Positions 27,852 through 37,606 are shown, counted from the stretch's first letter. The stretch: 55,344 nucleotides of DNA from an uncultured virus (IMG/VR IMGVR_UViG_3300007523_000006) (IMGVR_UViG_3300007523_000006:62001-117344), one strand, 5' to 3'. The notes: generated by a model from the sequence alone, not told the origin. Program-made: numbers and translations.

Positions 27852-27932
27852 GGCCGAGTGGTGGAATGGCATACACGATGGTTTTAGGAACCATTGCCGC
27901 AAGGCTTGCAGGTTCAAGTCCTGTCTCGGTCA
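27852..27932 (+). tRNA. tRNA-Leu(TAG), canonical long variable arm
   Basis: Acceptor GGCCGAG/CTCGGTC, ATGGT-TTTAGGA-ACCAT, variable arm GCC-GCAA-GGC. Confidence 0.92.
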
Positions 27933-27960
27933 CTAATGAGGAATGAGGAATGAGGATACG

Positions 27961-28455
27961 ATGGAAGTTTCGGTTGGCGATTACGGTCGCATGATGTTCG
28001 AGATGATGGTTGCTGAAAAAGGCAATCTCCCGGAACACTGGCAAAGCATTCAAGTCCTTGCTGAACCTCTAGTTCGTCAGCTTATTGCCCTCAACGGTCA
28101 AATGACTAACGGTGGATATGAAATCCACGGTTATGTTGAACCGGGCAACAAGAAAATATTATCCAAACACGAACTGATCCAAGCCGCTCAAGAAAAAGCC
28201 CTAAAGTTCCCTGCCAATAAATTGAAGATAGGCGACCGTCTTTGGTTGATTGAAGATGGTGAGCTTGACATGAGTTTCGACCAAGACCCTGTGGCAGTAA
28301 GTGATATTGGCAATACAGGCAGCATCTATGTTGAAATGCAAGGCGGATACGTTGCCCAAATCCACCCTTCTAACCTTGTGTTGAAGGCACCAGACGATTG
28401 GGATGAAAACGAAGATCAATATCGTTCTGATGATTACTGGTTAAATGCAAAATGA
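27961..28455 (+). CDS. Hypothetical protein
   Basis: GAGGA SD, tandemly triplicated as AATGAGG x3. Confidence 0.6.
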   Translation: MEVSVGDYGRMMFEMMVAEKGNLPEHWQSIQVLAEPLVRQLIALNGQMTNGGYEIHGYVEPGNKKILSKHELIQAAQEKALKFPANKLKIGDRLWLIEDGELDMSFDQDPVAVSDIGNTGSIYVEMQGGYVAQIHPSNLVLKAPDDWDENEDQYRSDDYWLNAK

Positions 28456-28551
28456 AAATTAAGCCTATTGATTCAACAAAAAAGAAGAAAAGCCTTTGGG
28501 CGTCGAAGTCATCTACTTGAAAAGAGAATCAGACGGCAACTGGAAAACCTT

Positions 28552-29436
28552 ATGAAAGTTTTTTACAACGAAAATCAGTCAGTGGAAAATAATCCAAGCA
28601 TTTCGCCAAGTGCCAAGAAGCCCACGGCAGTATTGAAGTCGTGGCAGGAAATTGTGCCTGTCGAGATCATGCCAGTTGTTCCTGTAACCGTTGCAGACTT
28701 GGAGTTGGTGCATGACAGAGAATACGTTAATGATGTTATCTCTTGTCGCATAGAAAATGGGTTCGGCAACAAACTGAAAACCATTGCTGATTCTTTGCTG
28801 TGGACAAATGGTAGTTTTCTTAGTGCTGCTAAATACGCAGTTGAAAACAAAACAAATACAGTTAGCCCAACAAGTGGTTTTCACCATGCAGGATATTATG
28901 CTGGTAGTGGATTTTGTACATTTAATGGACTTATGTTGGCGGCAATAACGCTCAAAAATGCCATGCTGGTCAATCGAGTTGCCATTGCTGATTTAGATAT
29001 GCACTATGGCAATGGCACGGATTGCATCCTTGAGCAGTTATCCATTCGAGGAATGAAAGATTTCATCTCTCATTATACTTTTGGCGGGCATTTAGACACT
29101 GTTGATCGTGGAGCTAAAAGTCGGCTTGCTTTTGGCCAAGCATACACAAAACTTTTGCCCGACATTATCACTAGGTTGCTTGATGATGCAGATGTTCTGT
29201 TCTATCAGGCTGGGGCTGACCCTCATGTGAATGATCCATATGGCGGCGTTCTCACGACTGAAGAGTTAAAAGAAAGAGATCGCATTGTTTTTACAATTGC
29301 GAAAGAAAGAGGAGTGCCGGTTGTTTGGAATTTAGCAGGCGGGTATCAAACCGACTTTTCTAAAGTCTTGGAAATCCACAACAACACAGCTTTGTTGCAC
29401 GTTGAGATATTCGAGAATGCACCGGAAACCTTGTGA
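28552..29436 (+). CDS. Zinc-dependent histone-deacetylase-family amidohydrolase
   Basis: GFHHA, GFCTFN, DLDMHYGNGT, QAGADPH..D and AGGY. Confidence 0.9.
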   Translation: MKVFYNENQSVENNPSISPSAKKPTAVLKSWQEIVPVEIMPVVPVTVADLELVHDREYVNDVISCRIENGFGNKLKTIADSLLWTNGSFLSAAKYAVENKTNTVSPTSGFHHAGYYAGSGFCTFNGLMLAAITLKNAMLVNRVAIADLDMHYGNGTDCILEQLSIRGMKDFISHYTFGGHLDTVDRGAKSRLAFGQAYTKLLPDIITRLLDDADVLFYQAGADPHVNDPYGGVLTTEELKERDRIVFTIAKERGVPVVWNLAGGYQTDFSKVLEIHNNTALLHVEIFENAPETL

Positions 29437-29795
29437 GGCATTTAATTATGTGGGCTGTTCTTTGCACGGATGGACAATTGAACCTCAACGAAGTTCGCAA
29501 CGAATGTGTGCCCGGCAAATGGGTGCCATTATTCGTTTACAGAACGAACCCTGAAGACAATCCTGTTGTCCCTGTATTCCACGATGGGTTAACTACCAAG
29601 AAATTCGCCAAACGAAACATGCCTAAGAATTGGATGTGTGGCGGGGTAGAGCTTACCGACAGGGATGTTGAGTGGATGAAAGAAAAAGGATGGATCATCA
29701 AAGAAATGACTTATCCTCAAAAAGTTGACAACTTCATCTGTGGCTTTGAGGTTCTTGAGTTTGCCGAAGCCCCTGATTTCAGGACAAGTAGATGA
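29433..29795 (+). CDS. Hypothetical protein
   Basis: GTGA overlap with the previous gene. Confidence 0.6.
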   Translation: MRHLIMWAVLCTDGQLNLNEVRNECVPGKWVPLFVYRTNPEDNPVVPVFHDGLTTKKFAKRNMPKNWMCGGVELTDRDVEWMKEKGWIIKEMTYPQKVDNFICGFEVLEFAEAPDFRTSR

Positions 29796-30415
29796 AACGT
29801 GAAGTTGACGACATTCATGTTGCCGCCAAAAAGTTCGTGTCTCGATATATTCGAGGCCGCAAACCTCGTCGTTTACACACATCCAGCAGCAAGCTGGCTC
29901 TGAAGGATATTCATCTCACACCACAAATCACCGATCACAAACCTAAAGGCATTTGGTACGGAATTGCCGATTCATGGATTGATTGGTGTATTAGCGAACA
30001 TTTTGGAGGCATCCACCAATACATCTACGAAGTCGTATTGGACGAAGGCAATATATTGACCATTGACAATATCCAAGACTTTGAAAAGTTCGAGGACGAA
30101 CACAAGGATATTCCTGAGTGGCGTAAAGAACTTCAGTCCGTCGATGGCTTCCCATTTGATCTGCCATTCGGAAGATCGAGATATTTTGACAGCATGAACT
30201 ACAGGAAGGTTTCTGAAACTTTCGGAGGGATTGAAATTACTCCCTATCAATGGGAAAAAAGACTTGAATCTATGTGGTATCATGGTTGGGACTGTGCCAG
30301 CGGGTGCATTTGGAATCCCAGCGTCATCAAGGATTTAAGGCTTTTTGCCTACTTTGATGCCCGAAAAGGTGAGTTCGTCAAAACGAGTTTACAACCCGAC
30401 AAAACCAAGGTATAA
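29792..30415 (+). CDS. Hypothetical phage protein
   Basis: ATGA overlap. KPKGIWY...W..WC...GIEI...WYHGWDCASGCIW motif. Confidence 0.7.
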   Translation: MKREVDDIHVAAKKFVSRYIRGRKPRRLHTSSSKLALKDIHLTPQITDHKPKGIWYGIADSWIDWCISEHFGGIHQYIYEVVLDEGNILTIDNIQDFEKFEDEHKDIPEWRKELQSVDGFPFDLPFGRSRYFDSMNYRKVSETFGGIEITPYQWEKRLESMWYHGWDCASGCIWNPSVIKDLRLFAYFDARKGEFVKTSLQPDKTKV

Positions 30416-30416
30416 T
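30388..30416 (+). promoter_or_regulatory. Sigma70-like promoter
   Basis: TTTACA-17 bp-TATAAT upstream of the DUF350 cluster. Confidence 0.65.
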
Positions 30417-30476
30417 CCTTTCGTTGCTTCTAAACCTTCAGTTCACAGTTCACAGTACACAAACAGGGGAGTTGAG

Positions 30477-30695
30477 ATGAATTTGCCAGAGAACTTTTGG
30501 ATCGGTGTGTTTGGTTCTTTGATTTTCGGTTTCATGGGCATCGTGTTGTTGCTCGTTGGCTTCAAGATGTTCGACTGGCTTCTGCCCAAGGTCGATTTCC
30601 AGGCTGAAATGAGAGGAAACCCGCTCGCAACGTCCATCATCGTTGCCTCGTTTTTTCTGGCGTTAGCACACATCATCGCCTCGTGCGTACACTAA
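30477..30695 (+). CDS. DUF350-family membrane protein
   Basis: GGGGAG SD, two transmembrane helices and FKMFDWLLPKVDF..E...N. Confidence 0.8.
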   Translation: MNLPENFWIGVFGSLIFGFMGIVLLLVGFKMFDWLLPKVDFQAEMRGNPLATSIIVASFFLALAHIIASCVH

Positions 30696-30785
30696 CGGTA
30701 TTCACGTTGCTCGATCATAAGTCCGGCTAACGGCGAGCAGCAATTGCGGCTTGTCTAGTCGGACTTTTTCTTATGTGAGCGAGTC

Positions 30786-31148
30786 ATGCCAATAAGTCGA
30801 TTCATGAACAACAAGATGACTAAAAAGGTCGGACTTGTTCTGATCTCGTCATCTTTGATCCTCAATGGATGTTCACATCATGTGCCAGAGCAAGACCCTT
30901 CACAAGAGGGTCAACCGCAAATAATTCATGGTGGCGTTCATCCGTTTTGGTATTTCCATCACAGTGGCGGCTACGTTGGCGGAAGTGGATATAGTGGCGG
31001 GGGTTTCCATCCCGGCACTTATACGCATGGTGGCGGCATAGTCTCAAGCGGTGGGATTCGCAGTGGTGGAGGATTCAAAGCATCGCCATCAGTTAGCGCC
31101 CGTGGCGGCTTTGGTGCTTCCAGTCATGCCTTTGGTGGAGGATCATAA
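30786..31148 (+). CDS. Gly/Ser-rich lipoprotein (YgiB/YjfM-like partner)
   Basis: Lipobox LNGC and C-terminal SARGGFG. Lies between DUF350 and the GSP-synthase-like gene. Confidence 0.65.
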   Translation: MPISRFMNNKMTKKVGLVLISSSLILNGCSHHVPEQDPSQEGQPQIIHGGVHPFWYFHHSGGYVGGSGYSGGGFHPGTYTHGGGIVSSGGIRSGGGFKASPSVSARGGFGASSHAFGGGS

Positions 31149-31149
31149 C

Positions 31150-31371
31150 ATGGCAGTTGAAACAGATATTACAAAGCGTTGGGAACAAGGGATAGATCAC
31201 CATCCCAAAAGCATCGCTTTGTTCAAAAAACTAGCAGAAATCGACTTCAAATTCGGTGGAGATTTCTTCGACTGGTCATCAGGTGGCGATGGAGACAATG
31301 GCGAACATTTAATGTACGAAATGGACATTATGTTCGAGAAAGAAGATGCTGAAATAGGAGCTTCATCATGA
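31150..31371 (+). CDS. Small acidic hypothetical protein
   Basis: GGAGG SD and GGDGDNGE motif. Confidence 0.6.
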   Translation: MAVETDITKRWEQGIDHHPKSIALFKKLAEIDFKFGGDFFDWSSGGDGDNGEHLMYEMDIMFEKEDAEIGASS

Positions 31372-32513
31372 AGCGACACACAACCGATCTTAGGCATGAT
31401 TGGAAAAAGACCATTGAAGGTCAGGGAATGTTATTTCATACATTTGATGGCGATATTTATTGGGACGAGTCAGCATACTACGAGTTAAACAGTCCTGAAG
31501 TAGACACCATAGAGGCGGCTACTTACGAACTGAATGATCGTTGTCTTGAAGCTGTTCAACACGTCATCGACAATGATCTGTTAGATGCTTTCTTGATCCC
31601 GCCCGAATTCCATCAGTTTATCCAAGACAGTTGGGAGAGAGACGAACACACCATTTATGGTCGGTTTGACTTTTCCTATGACGGAAAAACCCAACCAAAG
31701 ATGTTGGAGTTCAATGCCGACACGCCTACCGGCCTGATAGAAGCTGCTGTTACCCAATGGTATTGGGCAAAAGACAAGTTTCCAAATCGGAACCAATTCA
31801 ACTCAATACACGAGCGGCTAATTAAGGTTTGGAAAGAACTGAAGTCCGTGACGCCAGGAGTATTGTATTTTACGGCACTCGCTGGCAATCTCGAAGATTA
31901 CATGAACGTCAATTATCTTCGAGACACTGCCATCCAAGCCGGGTGGGATACTGAATATATTGACATTGAAAACATCGGATGGAACGAAGGTCGCCGTACA
32001 TTCACCGACCTGAACGAAAATCCAATACAGACATGCTTCAAGCTGTATCCTTGGGAATGGATGCAGACCGACGAGTTTGGCAGAAAACTATTCCTCAAGA
32101 CCACCAAATGGCTTGAGGCTCCGTGGAAGGCAATCCTTAGCAACAAGGCCATTCTGCCTATATTGTGGGAGTTGTTTCCCGATCATCCAAACTTATTAGA
32201 AGCATCGTTTCAACCAATTCGCACAAAACCTTACGTTCAGAAGCCAATTCTGAGTCGTGAGGGAGCTAATGTGCAAATATTTGAGCATGGCGAATTGCTG
32301 CTTAAAACTGATGGTCCTTACGATGGACCATGTGTATATCAACAACTATGGGAACTTCCCAACTTTGATGGCAATCACGCCTGCATTGGTAGTTGGTTGG
32401 TCAACGGCTGGGCTTGTGGAATAGGCATTCGAGAAGACAAAACCATTGTAACGGGGAACCTGAGTCGGTTCGTACCGCACATTTTCGGTGTTCGACCAAA
32501 ATACGGGAGTTAA
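31368..32513 (+). CDS. Glutathionylspermidine-synthase-family ATP-grasp ligase (YgiC/YjfC-like)
   Basis: YWDES, YGRFDF, LEFNADTPT, FKLYPWEW, SNKAILP, KPILSREGAN and SRFVPH. Confidence 0.92.
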   Translation: MKRHTTDLRHDWKKTIEGQGMLFHTFDGDIYWDESAYYELNSPEVDTIEAATYELNDRCLEAVQHVIDNDLLDAFLIPPEFHQFIQDSWERDEHTIYGRFDFSYDGKTQPKMLEFNADTPTGLIEAAVTQWYWAKDKFPNRNQFNSIHERLIKVWKELKSVTPGVLYFTALAGNLEDYMNVNYLRDTAIQAGWDTEYIDIENIGWNEGRRTFTDLNENPIQTCFKLYPWEWMQTDEFGRKLFLKTTKWLEAPWKAILSNKAILPILWELFPDHPNLLEASFQPIRTKPYVQKPILSREGANVQIFEHGELLLKTDGPYDGPCVYQQLWELPNFDGNHACIGSWLVNGWACGIGIREDKTIVTGNLSRFVPHIFGVRPKYGS

Positions 32514-32517
32514 GATC

Positions 32518-33771
32518 ATGGCTGCAAACAAAAAGATTCACATCATCGGTGGTGGAACGGTCGCACAAATTGGCCCGCACTTGGCTTTGTGCGCCCCAGC
32601 TTATGGTGGCACTGCAAAGAGACTACATCACTTGTGCTGGCAGCAGTGCCACACTCTGGACTCTGAACTCCATCTCACCAAGATGGCTGGCGGAAATGAA
32701 CTGGAAACCAATGCTGATATTGCAAAATTGGTGAACGAAATCGTTGCCGATCCAGCATCAAAGATCGTGTTTTTGAATGCTGCTCTGGTTGATTTTCAAT
32801 ACGATGGTGTTGCCGACAAATACGGCGAGCGAATTAAATCTCGTGAAACTCCACACCTTCAGTTGAACTTTGTTCCAGCGGATAAAGTCGTTGGCAATAT
32901 CCGCAAGAATCGTAAGGATATTTTTGCCGTCGCATTCAAAACGACTTCAGGAGCAACGCCAGAAGAACAATACATCGCTGGCTTAAATCTCCTGAAAGAG
33001 TCCAGCCTGAATTTGGTTTTTGCCAACGATGTGAAAACTCGATTGAACATGGTCATTACGCCTGAAGAGGCTCGTTATCACGAAACCACAGATCGTGATG
33101 AAGCCCTGGAAGGCTTGGTCGAAATGACTTTGCTTCGATCTCATTTGACCTTCACTAGATCAACCGTCGTAGACGGTCAACCTGTGCCTTGGGACTCGGA
33201 ATTGGTGCCTGAAGCACTCCGCACGGTTGTCGATCACTGCATCAGTGCTGGTGCCTACAAGCCATTCCGAGGGGCGACTGTGGGGCATTTTGCTTGTAAG
33301 GTAAACGACACAACTTTCCTTACAAGTATTCGCAAGTCGAACTTCAACGATCTACCCAATACTGGTCTGGTTCGTATTGTGACTGATGGGCCAGACAGCG
33401 TGATCGCTTATGGTGCCAAACCGAGTGTCGGTGGGCAAAGTCAACGTATTGTGTTCCACGATCATCAGGAATACGACTGCATTGTTCACTTCCATTGCCC
33501 GATTAAACCGGGATCAGAAGTACCAGAAGTCTCACAGCGGGAATACGAGTGTGGGTCGCATCAATGTGGAGAGAACACCAGCAAAGGACTGAAGCAGTTC
33601 GGAAACTTGAGCGCCGTTTATCTTCAAGAGCATGGACCCAATATTGTTTTCAATCGCTCGATCAATCCGCAAGAAGTGATCGACTTCATTGATGCCAACT
33701 TCGATCTGAGCGATAAGACTGGCGGTTATGTGAGCTTGGGGCAAATCCTCACGACTCCTCACGACTCCTGA
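32518..33771 (+). CDS. Fusion of a CoaB-like (DFP) domain with a class II aldolase-like domain
   Basis: N-terminal IIGGGT, NAALVDF, AFKTT and LVFANDV. C-terminal G.FA, KPS, IVHFHCP, CGS and L.EHG. Confidence 0.6.
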   Translation: MAANKKIHIIGGGTVAQIGPHLALCAPAYGGTAKRLHHLCWQQCHTLDSELHLTKMAGGNELETNADIAKLVNEIVADPASKIVFLNAALVDFQYDGVADKYGERIKSRETPHLQLNFVPADKVVGNIRKNRKDIFAVAFKTTSGATPEEQYIAGLNLLKESSLNLVFANDVKTRLNMVITPEEARYHETTDRDEALEGLVEMTLLRSHLTFTRSTVVDGQPVPWDSELVPEALRTVVDHCISAGAYKPFRGATVGHFACKVNDTTFLTSIRKSNFNDLPNTGLVRIVTDGPDSVIAYGAKPSVGGQSQRIVFHDHQEYDCIVHFHCPIKPGSEVPEVSQREYECGSHQCGENTSKGLKQFGNLSAVYLQEHGPNIVFNRSINPQEVIDFIDANFDLSDKTGGYVSLGQILTTPHDS

Positions 33772-33807
33772 CACTGTGGATTTTCTACGCTTTTCCTATG
33801 AGGGGCA

Positions 33808-34560
33808 ATGATGAAGAAGGTTGTGCTTTTTGCTTGTTTGTTAATGATTGGATGTAGCAAATCCACCGAAACAGTTGCCGAGGCACAAGTGTCGGTACAG
33901 ACAGAGCCGACAATGCTTCAAAGGTTTTTTGGAGGCCCCACCAAAGAAGAGATTGCCACACAGCAAGAACTATTGGCTCAACAGCAAGAGTTGCACGCTC
34001 AACAACTCAAGGCCAAACAAGAGTTGCAGGCTCAACAGCTTAAAGACGGAGACGCATTGGTTGCTAAGTGGGCTGATAAGATTCAAGAAACAGCAACTAA
34101 AGACAGCTTCGGATATGAGCGAATGGAAGGTTTGACGGAAGCTGATCCCTGGGGTCAGCAAATTAAGGTGAACTATCGCCAAGAATGGTTCAAAGAAATT
34201 GCAACTATTCAATCTGCTGGACCTGATGGTGTTTTTGGAAATACCGATGACTTGATTAGAACAAGATCAGCCAAGAATCCCGCTGGAATCATTGAGGGAA
34301 TTTCTTCATTAGGTTGGGTTGTATTGGCTTGGTTGTTTTGTGGTGGATTGGCATTGGCATTCTCGTCGGGAATTGGTCATCGCCGAGTCACTAAAGGCAA
34401 ATCAAAAAATCATCGTCGTCCACTTGTGTTCGGCGTGACAACTGTATTATTTGCTCCTGTGGCGGTGTTGATTTACGGATTGCAATTCATTGGCGGGGCT
34501 TTGGGTGCAAACGGTGAATTCTTCGATGGATTTGACTTCGACTTCGACATTGACCTATGA
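33808..34560 (+). CDS. Lipoprotein/membrane protein with GspG-like C-terminal motif
   Basis: Lipobox MIGC, DPWGQ...QSAGPDGVFGNTDD and two transmembrane helices. Confidence 0.6.
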   Translation: MMKKVVLFACLLMIGCSKSTETVAEAQVSVQTEPTMLQRFFGGPTKEEIATQQELLAQQQELHAQQLKAKQELQAQQLKDGDALVAKWADKIQETATKDSFGYERMEGLTEADPWGQQIKVNYRQEWFKEIATIQSAGPDGVFGNTDDLIRTRSAKNPAGIIEGISSLGWVVLAWLFCGGLALAFSSGIGHRRVTKGKSKNHRRPLVFGVTTVLFAPVAVLIYGLQFIGGALGANGEFFDGFDFDFDIDL

Positions 34561-34726
34561 GGATGAATATGAGCAACTGTCCACAAGAAGAACGTTACCA
34601 GGATATTTTACAAAAGAATACCTCCACGATGAACTTGCTCAATAACATTGAGCGGTCACAAAGGCGACGAAGATTCAACGCCTGGGTCAAACGATGGTGG
34701 TATAAACTAACCTTCCGAGGTTAAAA

Positions 34727-35269
34727 ATGAGCGAAAAAAAGTCAACAAGGGATGATTTTCGTAATGCCGTATTCAAACGGGATGGCTATGCCTGCGCTAT
34801 GTGCGGGCATAAACCAGAAAACGTCAATGAATTAGACGCCCACCACATTACAGATAGAACCTACATGCCATTCGGTGGATATTGTGCCGCCAATGGCATT
34901 TCGCTTTGTACAGATCGCTGCAAGAAGGAATCTTGGCTGGGTTCTTCGCTCGATTGTCACCAGAAGGCAGAACACCTTCACGCTACCGGAATTGAATTTC
35001 CGGGATATGCTCCAGTGAACCTTTATGCTAGAATCAAGTCTTCCTATAAACAGGCTTATTCGCACAGTCTCAAGCTAGAGATCACAGCCAATAGAGCCGA
35101 CGCAATGATGGCCGTCATTGACGTAATCTCCAAAAAAGAATTGGAGGTATGTCTTCGCTTGTGTGAAAACACCAGCCCGGAGACATGGGAGTTAACTTGT
35201 GACGAACTAAGTGAGTGGGAACCCCTCAATAGAACTTACGGAAAAGGTCGCTATGTCCCTGACAAATGA
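34727..35269 (+). CDS. HNH endonuclease
   Basis: VFKRDGYACAMCG...LDAHHI...NGISLC...CH. Confidence 0.8.
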   Translation: MSEKKSTRDDFRNAVFKRDGYACAMCGHKPENVNELDAHHITDRTYMPFGGYCAANGISLCTDRCKKESWLGSSLDCHQKAEHLHATGIEFPGYAPVNLYARIKSSYKQAYSHSLKLEITANRADAMMAVIDVISKKELEVCLRLCENTSPETWELTCDELSEWEPLNRTYGKGRYVPDK

Positions 35270-36344
35270 ACAGAAAGATGTCCTGAAGCTCTTAGTGGGC
35301 AATATGGACAACCACCAGCAGCAAACTCTTGGTGGATATGCGGGGACAGGAAAATCAACAATTATTCGAGTGATGCTCGACGCCCTTCAACGAAAAGGGC
35401 GATATTTTTGCGCAGCCGCATTTACCGGCAAAGCCACGAACGTATTGCGCAAAAAGGGAATGAATGCCAATACGATTCACAGCACGATATACCAGCCGTA
35501 CAAAGACGAGCATGGCGAAACCGTGTGGTTCTTGGCTGACAAAACTGACTTAGTGTCCAAGGGCATTGACGGCTTCATTATTGATGAAGCGTCTATGGTG
35601 AGCAAGGAAATACACGACGATCTTATGTCGTTTGGCCTGCCAATTATCTATGTTGGCGATCACGGTCAACTTGAGCCTATTGGCACCAAATTCAACCTTA
35701 TGCAAAAGCCAATGTATAAGCTGGAGACGGTTCATCGAAATGCTGGTGAGATTGCATATTTTGCCGAGCATCTTCGCAAGGGCAATTCTGCCAATTCCTT
35801 CATGGGAGCAACGAAGGTTCAGATTGTTCAAGAAAAAGCAATTGAGGATCGACACCTTGCTGCCGTCGATCAAATCATCTGCGCCTTCAATAAGACTCGT
35901 GTGCAACTCAACGAGCGTGTGCGTATCGAGAAAAAGATTCAATATACATTCATTGCCAAAGGCGAGAAGGTCATTTGTTTAAGGAACAATAAGAAGCAGG
36001 GTTTGTTTAATGGGATGCAAGGCGTTGTCCAGAAAATCCACAAGAACGACCGCTTTGACTTTATATCGGATGGCAACTTCTTCGAGAAGGTCCATTACGA
36101 TCCTGACCAGTTTGGAAAAGACTCAAATAAGTTTGAGTTTTCCCAGGCAGCAAATCCATTCGATTACGCATACGCCATCACTTGCCATAAGGCTCAAGGC
36201 GACGAATGGGGCAATGTGATCGTATACGAACAGCGATGCGATAAATGGGATAACGTGCGATGGTCTTATACAGCAGCCAGTCGTGCAAAAAACGGACTGA
36301 TCTGGATCGCTGTAGAAGAGTTCCGACCCAACTATCTAGGGTAA
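35253..36344 (+). CDS. SF1B helicase (Dda/RecD-like)
   Basis: GYAGTGKS, AFTGKA, TIHS, IDEASMV, GDHGQL, YAITCHKAQG and YTAASRA. Confidence 0.9.
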   Translation: MSLTNEQKDVLKLLVGNMDNHQQQTLGGYAGTGKSTIIRVMLDALQRKGRYFCAAAFTGKATNVLRKKGMNANTIHSTIYQPYKDEHGETVWFLADKTDLVSKGIDGFIIDEASMVSKEIHDDLMSFGLPIIYVGDHGQLEPIGTKFNLMQKPMYKLETVHRNAGEIAYFAEHLRKGNSANSFMGATKVQIVQEKAIEDRHLAAVDQIICAFNKTRVQLNERVRIEKKIQYTFIAKGEKVICLRNNKKQGLFNGMQGVVQKIHKNDRFDFISDGNFFEKVHYDPDQFGKDSNKFEFSQAANPFDYAYAITCHKAQGDEWGNVIVYEQRCDKWDNVRWSYTAASRAKNGLIWIAVEEFRPNYLG

Positions 36345-36444
36345 TGTTAAAAGAACCAATCAGTAAATGTGCATCGCATTGGGCTGTGGGCGTACTCGAC
36401 ACCAATCGTGCCGAATATTTCAAAGCCAAGAATTTGGAGATTAG

Positions 36445-36473
36445 TTTACAGATCGCCGAAATCGTGGTATCAT
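36445..36473 (+). promoter_or_regulatory. Sigma70-like promoter upstream of the RNase P RNA
   Basis: TTTACA-17 bp (...CGTGG)-TATCAT. Confidence 0.6.
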
Positions 36474-36507
36474 CTATCGCAAAAATCAAGCTCCACGAGT
36501 ATGATAT

Positions 36508-36792
36508 AAGGGGATGCAACTTGTCGAGTCGTCGCTGTAATCCCCTCAAGGGGTTGTAGAGGAAGTTCTGGACACTACTGCTTTTAAGGTAGGAGCGAAA
36601 ACCTCGAAAGGGGCTAATAGTGTTTGAACTACCGAGGGTGCAAGCCATACAGACCAAAATCTCGTAAGAGGTACGCCGGTGAGCAGGGCGTCATCATGGT
36701 CGGGTCGGTGCAGTCCGCAAGGACCGGGGGCAACTCCGAGATAAATGACGACATAGAACAGAATCCAGGCTATGGATAAGTTGCATCTCCTT
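36508..36792 (+). ncRNA. rnpB: RNase P RNA, compact
   Basis: P1 GGGGATGCAACTTGTC/GATAAGTTGCATCTCC and P2 GTCGTCG/TGACGAC. CR-I GAGGAAGTTCTGGAC, CR-V AGAACAGAATCCAGGCTA and GCAAG before P15. Confidence 0.88.
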
Positions 36793-36814
36793 TTCAAGTC
36801 AAAAAGGAGATGTC

Positions 36815-37606
36815 ATGCGTGCCGAAATTGTCCACGTTACGGACCACGCTTTGTTGCGATGGAAAGAACGTGCGTCGAAAACAGGTGAAGTCAACGTAGA
36901 AGAAATCGTTCAGGCTGTAAAAGAATCCAAGGTCATCAAAAAAAACGAACCTTTGCCTTACCCGATGCCTCGTTTAGATGGATCAGTTTACAGCTTCAAT
37001 GCCGGAGTGTTGTTCATTCTCGAATCAGTAACCATTGATGAATATCGACTCGTCACAGTTATCGCCGACGAGCCGACCTATCAACGGATTGCTCGACCGC
37101 CGAAGAAACAACTTAATCCTCGAAAGAGACAGAAATACGAGGAAGTTCAAAAGGTGCAAATCGACATTCCTTGCTTTGAAAGTTTCATCGAAGAACGTCA
37201 ATGGTTGACCGACGAGAAACGAAAACTCGAAAGTGAACTGGCAACAACAGCGAAGAAATCTTCCACTCGCAAAGAAATATTGAAGGTGTGGGGCGAGATT
37301 GAAGCCCGACTCACCGAGAACAAACCTCAATATCTCGAAGAGCGGAAAAAATCAGGAGACGGATATGTTGACTATGGTTCTCTTCTTTTGCAAATTATCA
37401 GAGAGTTAAAAGAAATACGCTCTGAACAACAGGAATTACGTAACCTAATCGAAGGCTCCAATGGACAACAACCGAGATCACCGAGCAATCGGAAAAAAGC
37501 TAGACCTCTTCATGTTCAGCCCTCTATCGCCGGGTTGTCCGATCTGGCTCCCGAAGGGAGTTGTGCTTTATCAGTCTTTGCTGAACCGCATTCGTCAACT
37601 CAATGA
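36815..37606 (+). CDS. Hypothetical protein (N-terminal VTDHALLRW motif plus coiled coil)
   Basis: AAGGAG SD. The 3' end overlaps thrS by about 146 nt. Confidence 0.6.
   Translation: MRAEIVHVTDHALLRWKERASKTGEVNVEEIVQAVKESKVIKKNEPLPYPMPRLDGSVYSFNAGVLFILESVTIDEYRLVTVIADEPTYQRIARPPKKQLNPRKRQKYEEVQKVQIDIPCFESFIEERQWLTDEKRKLESELATTAKKSSTRKEILKVWGEIEARLTENKPQYLEERKKSGDGYVDYGSLLLQIIRELKEIRSEQQELRNLIEGSNGQQPRSPSNRKKARPLHVQPSIAGLSDLAPEGSCALSVFAEPHSSTQ

Noticed and set aside
17230..28000. tmRNA, tRNA-Ser or tRNA-Leu(CAG) genes
   Set aside because: I looked for them in the intergenic gaps because of the Ser-rich leader, but found no matching cloverleaf or tmRNA ends by eye.
36178..36797. ORFs 36178..36657, 36260..36559 and 36546..36797
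   Set aside because: They overlap the RNase P RNA, its promoter or the helicase, and have no recognisable motifs.
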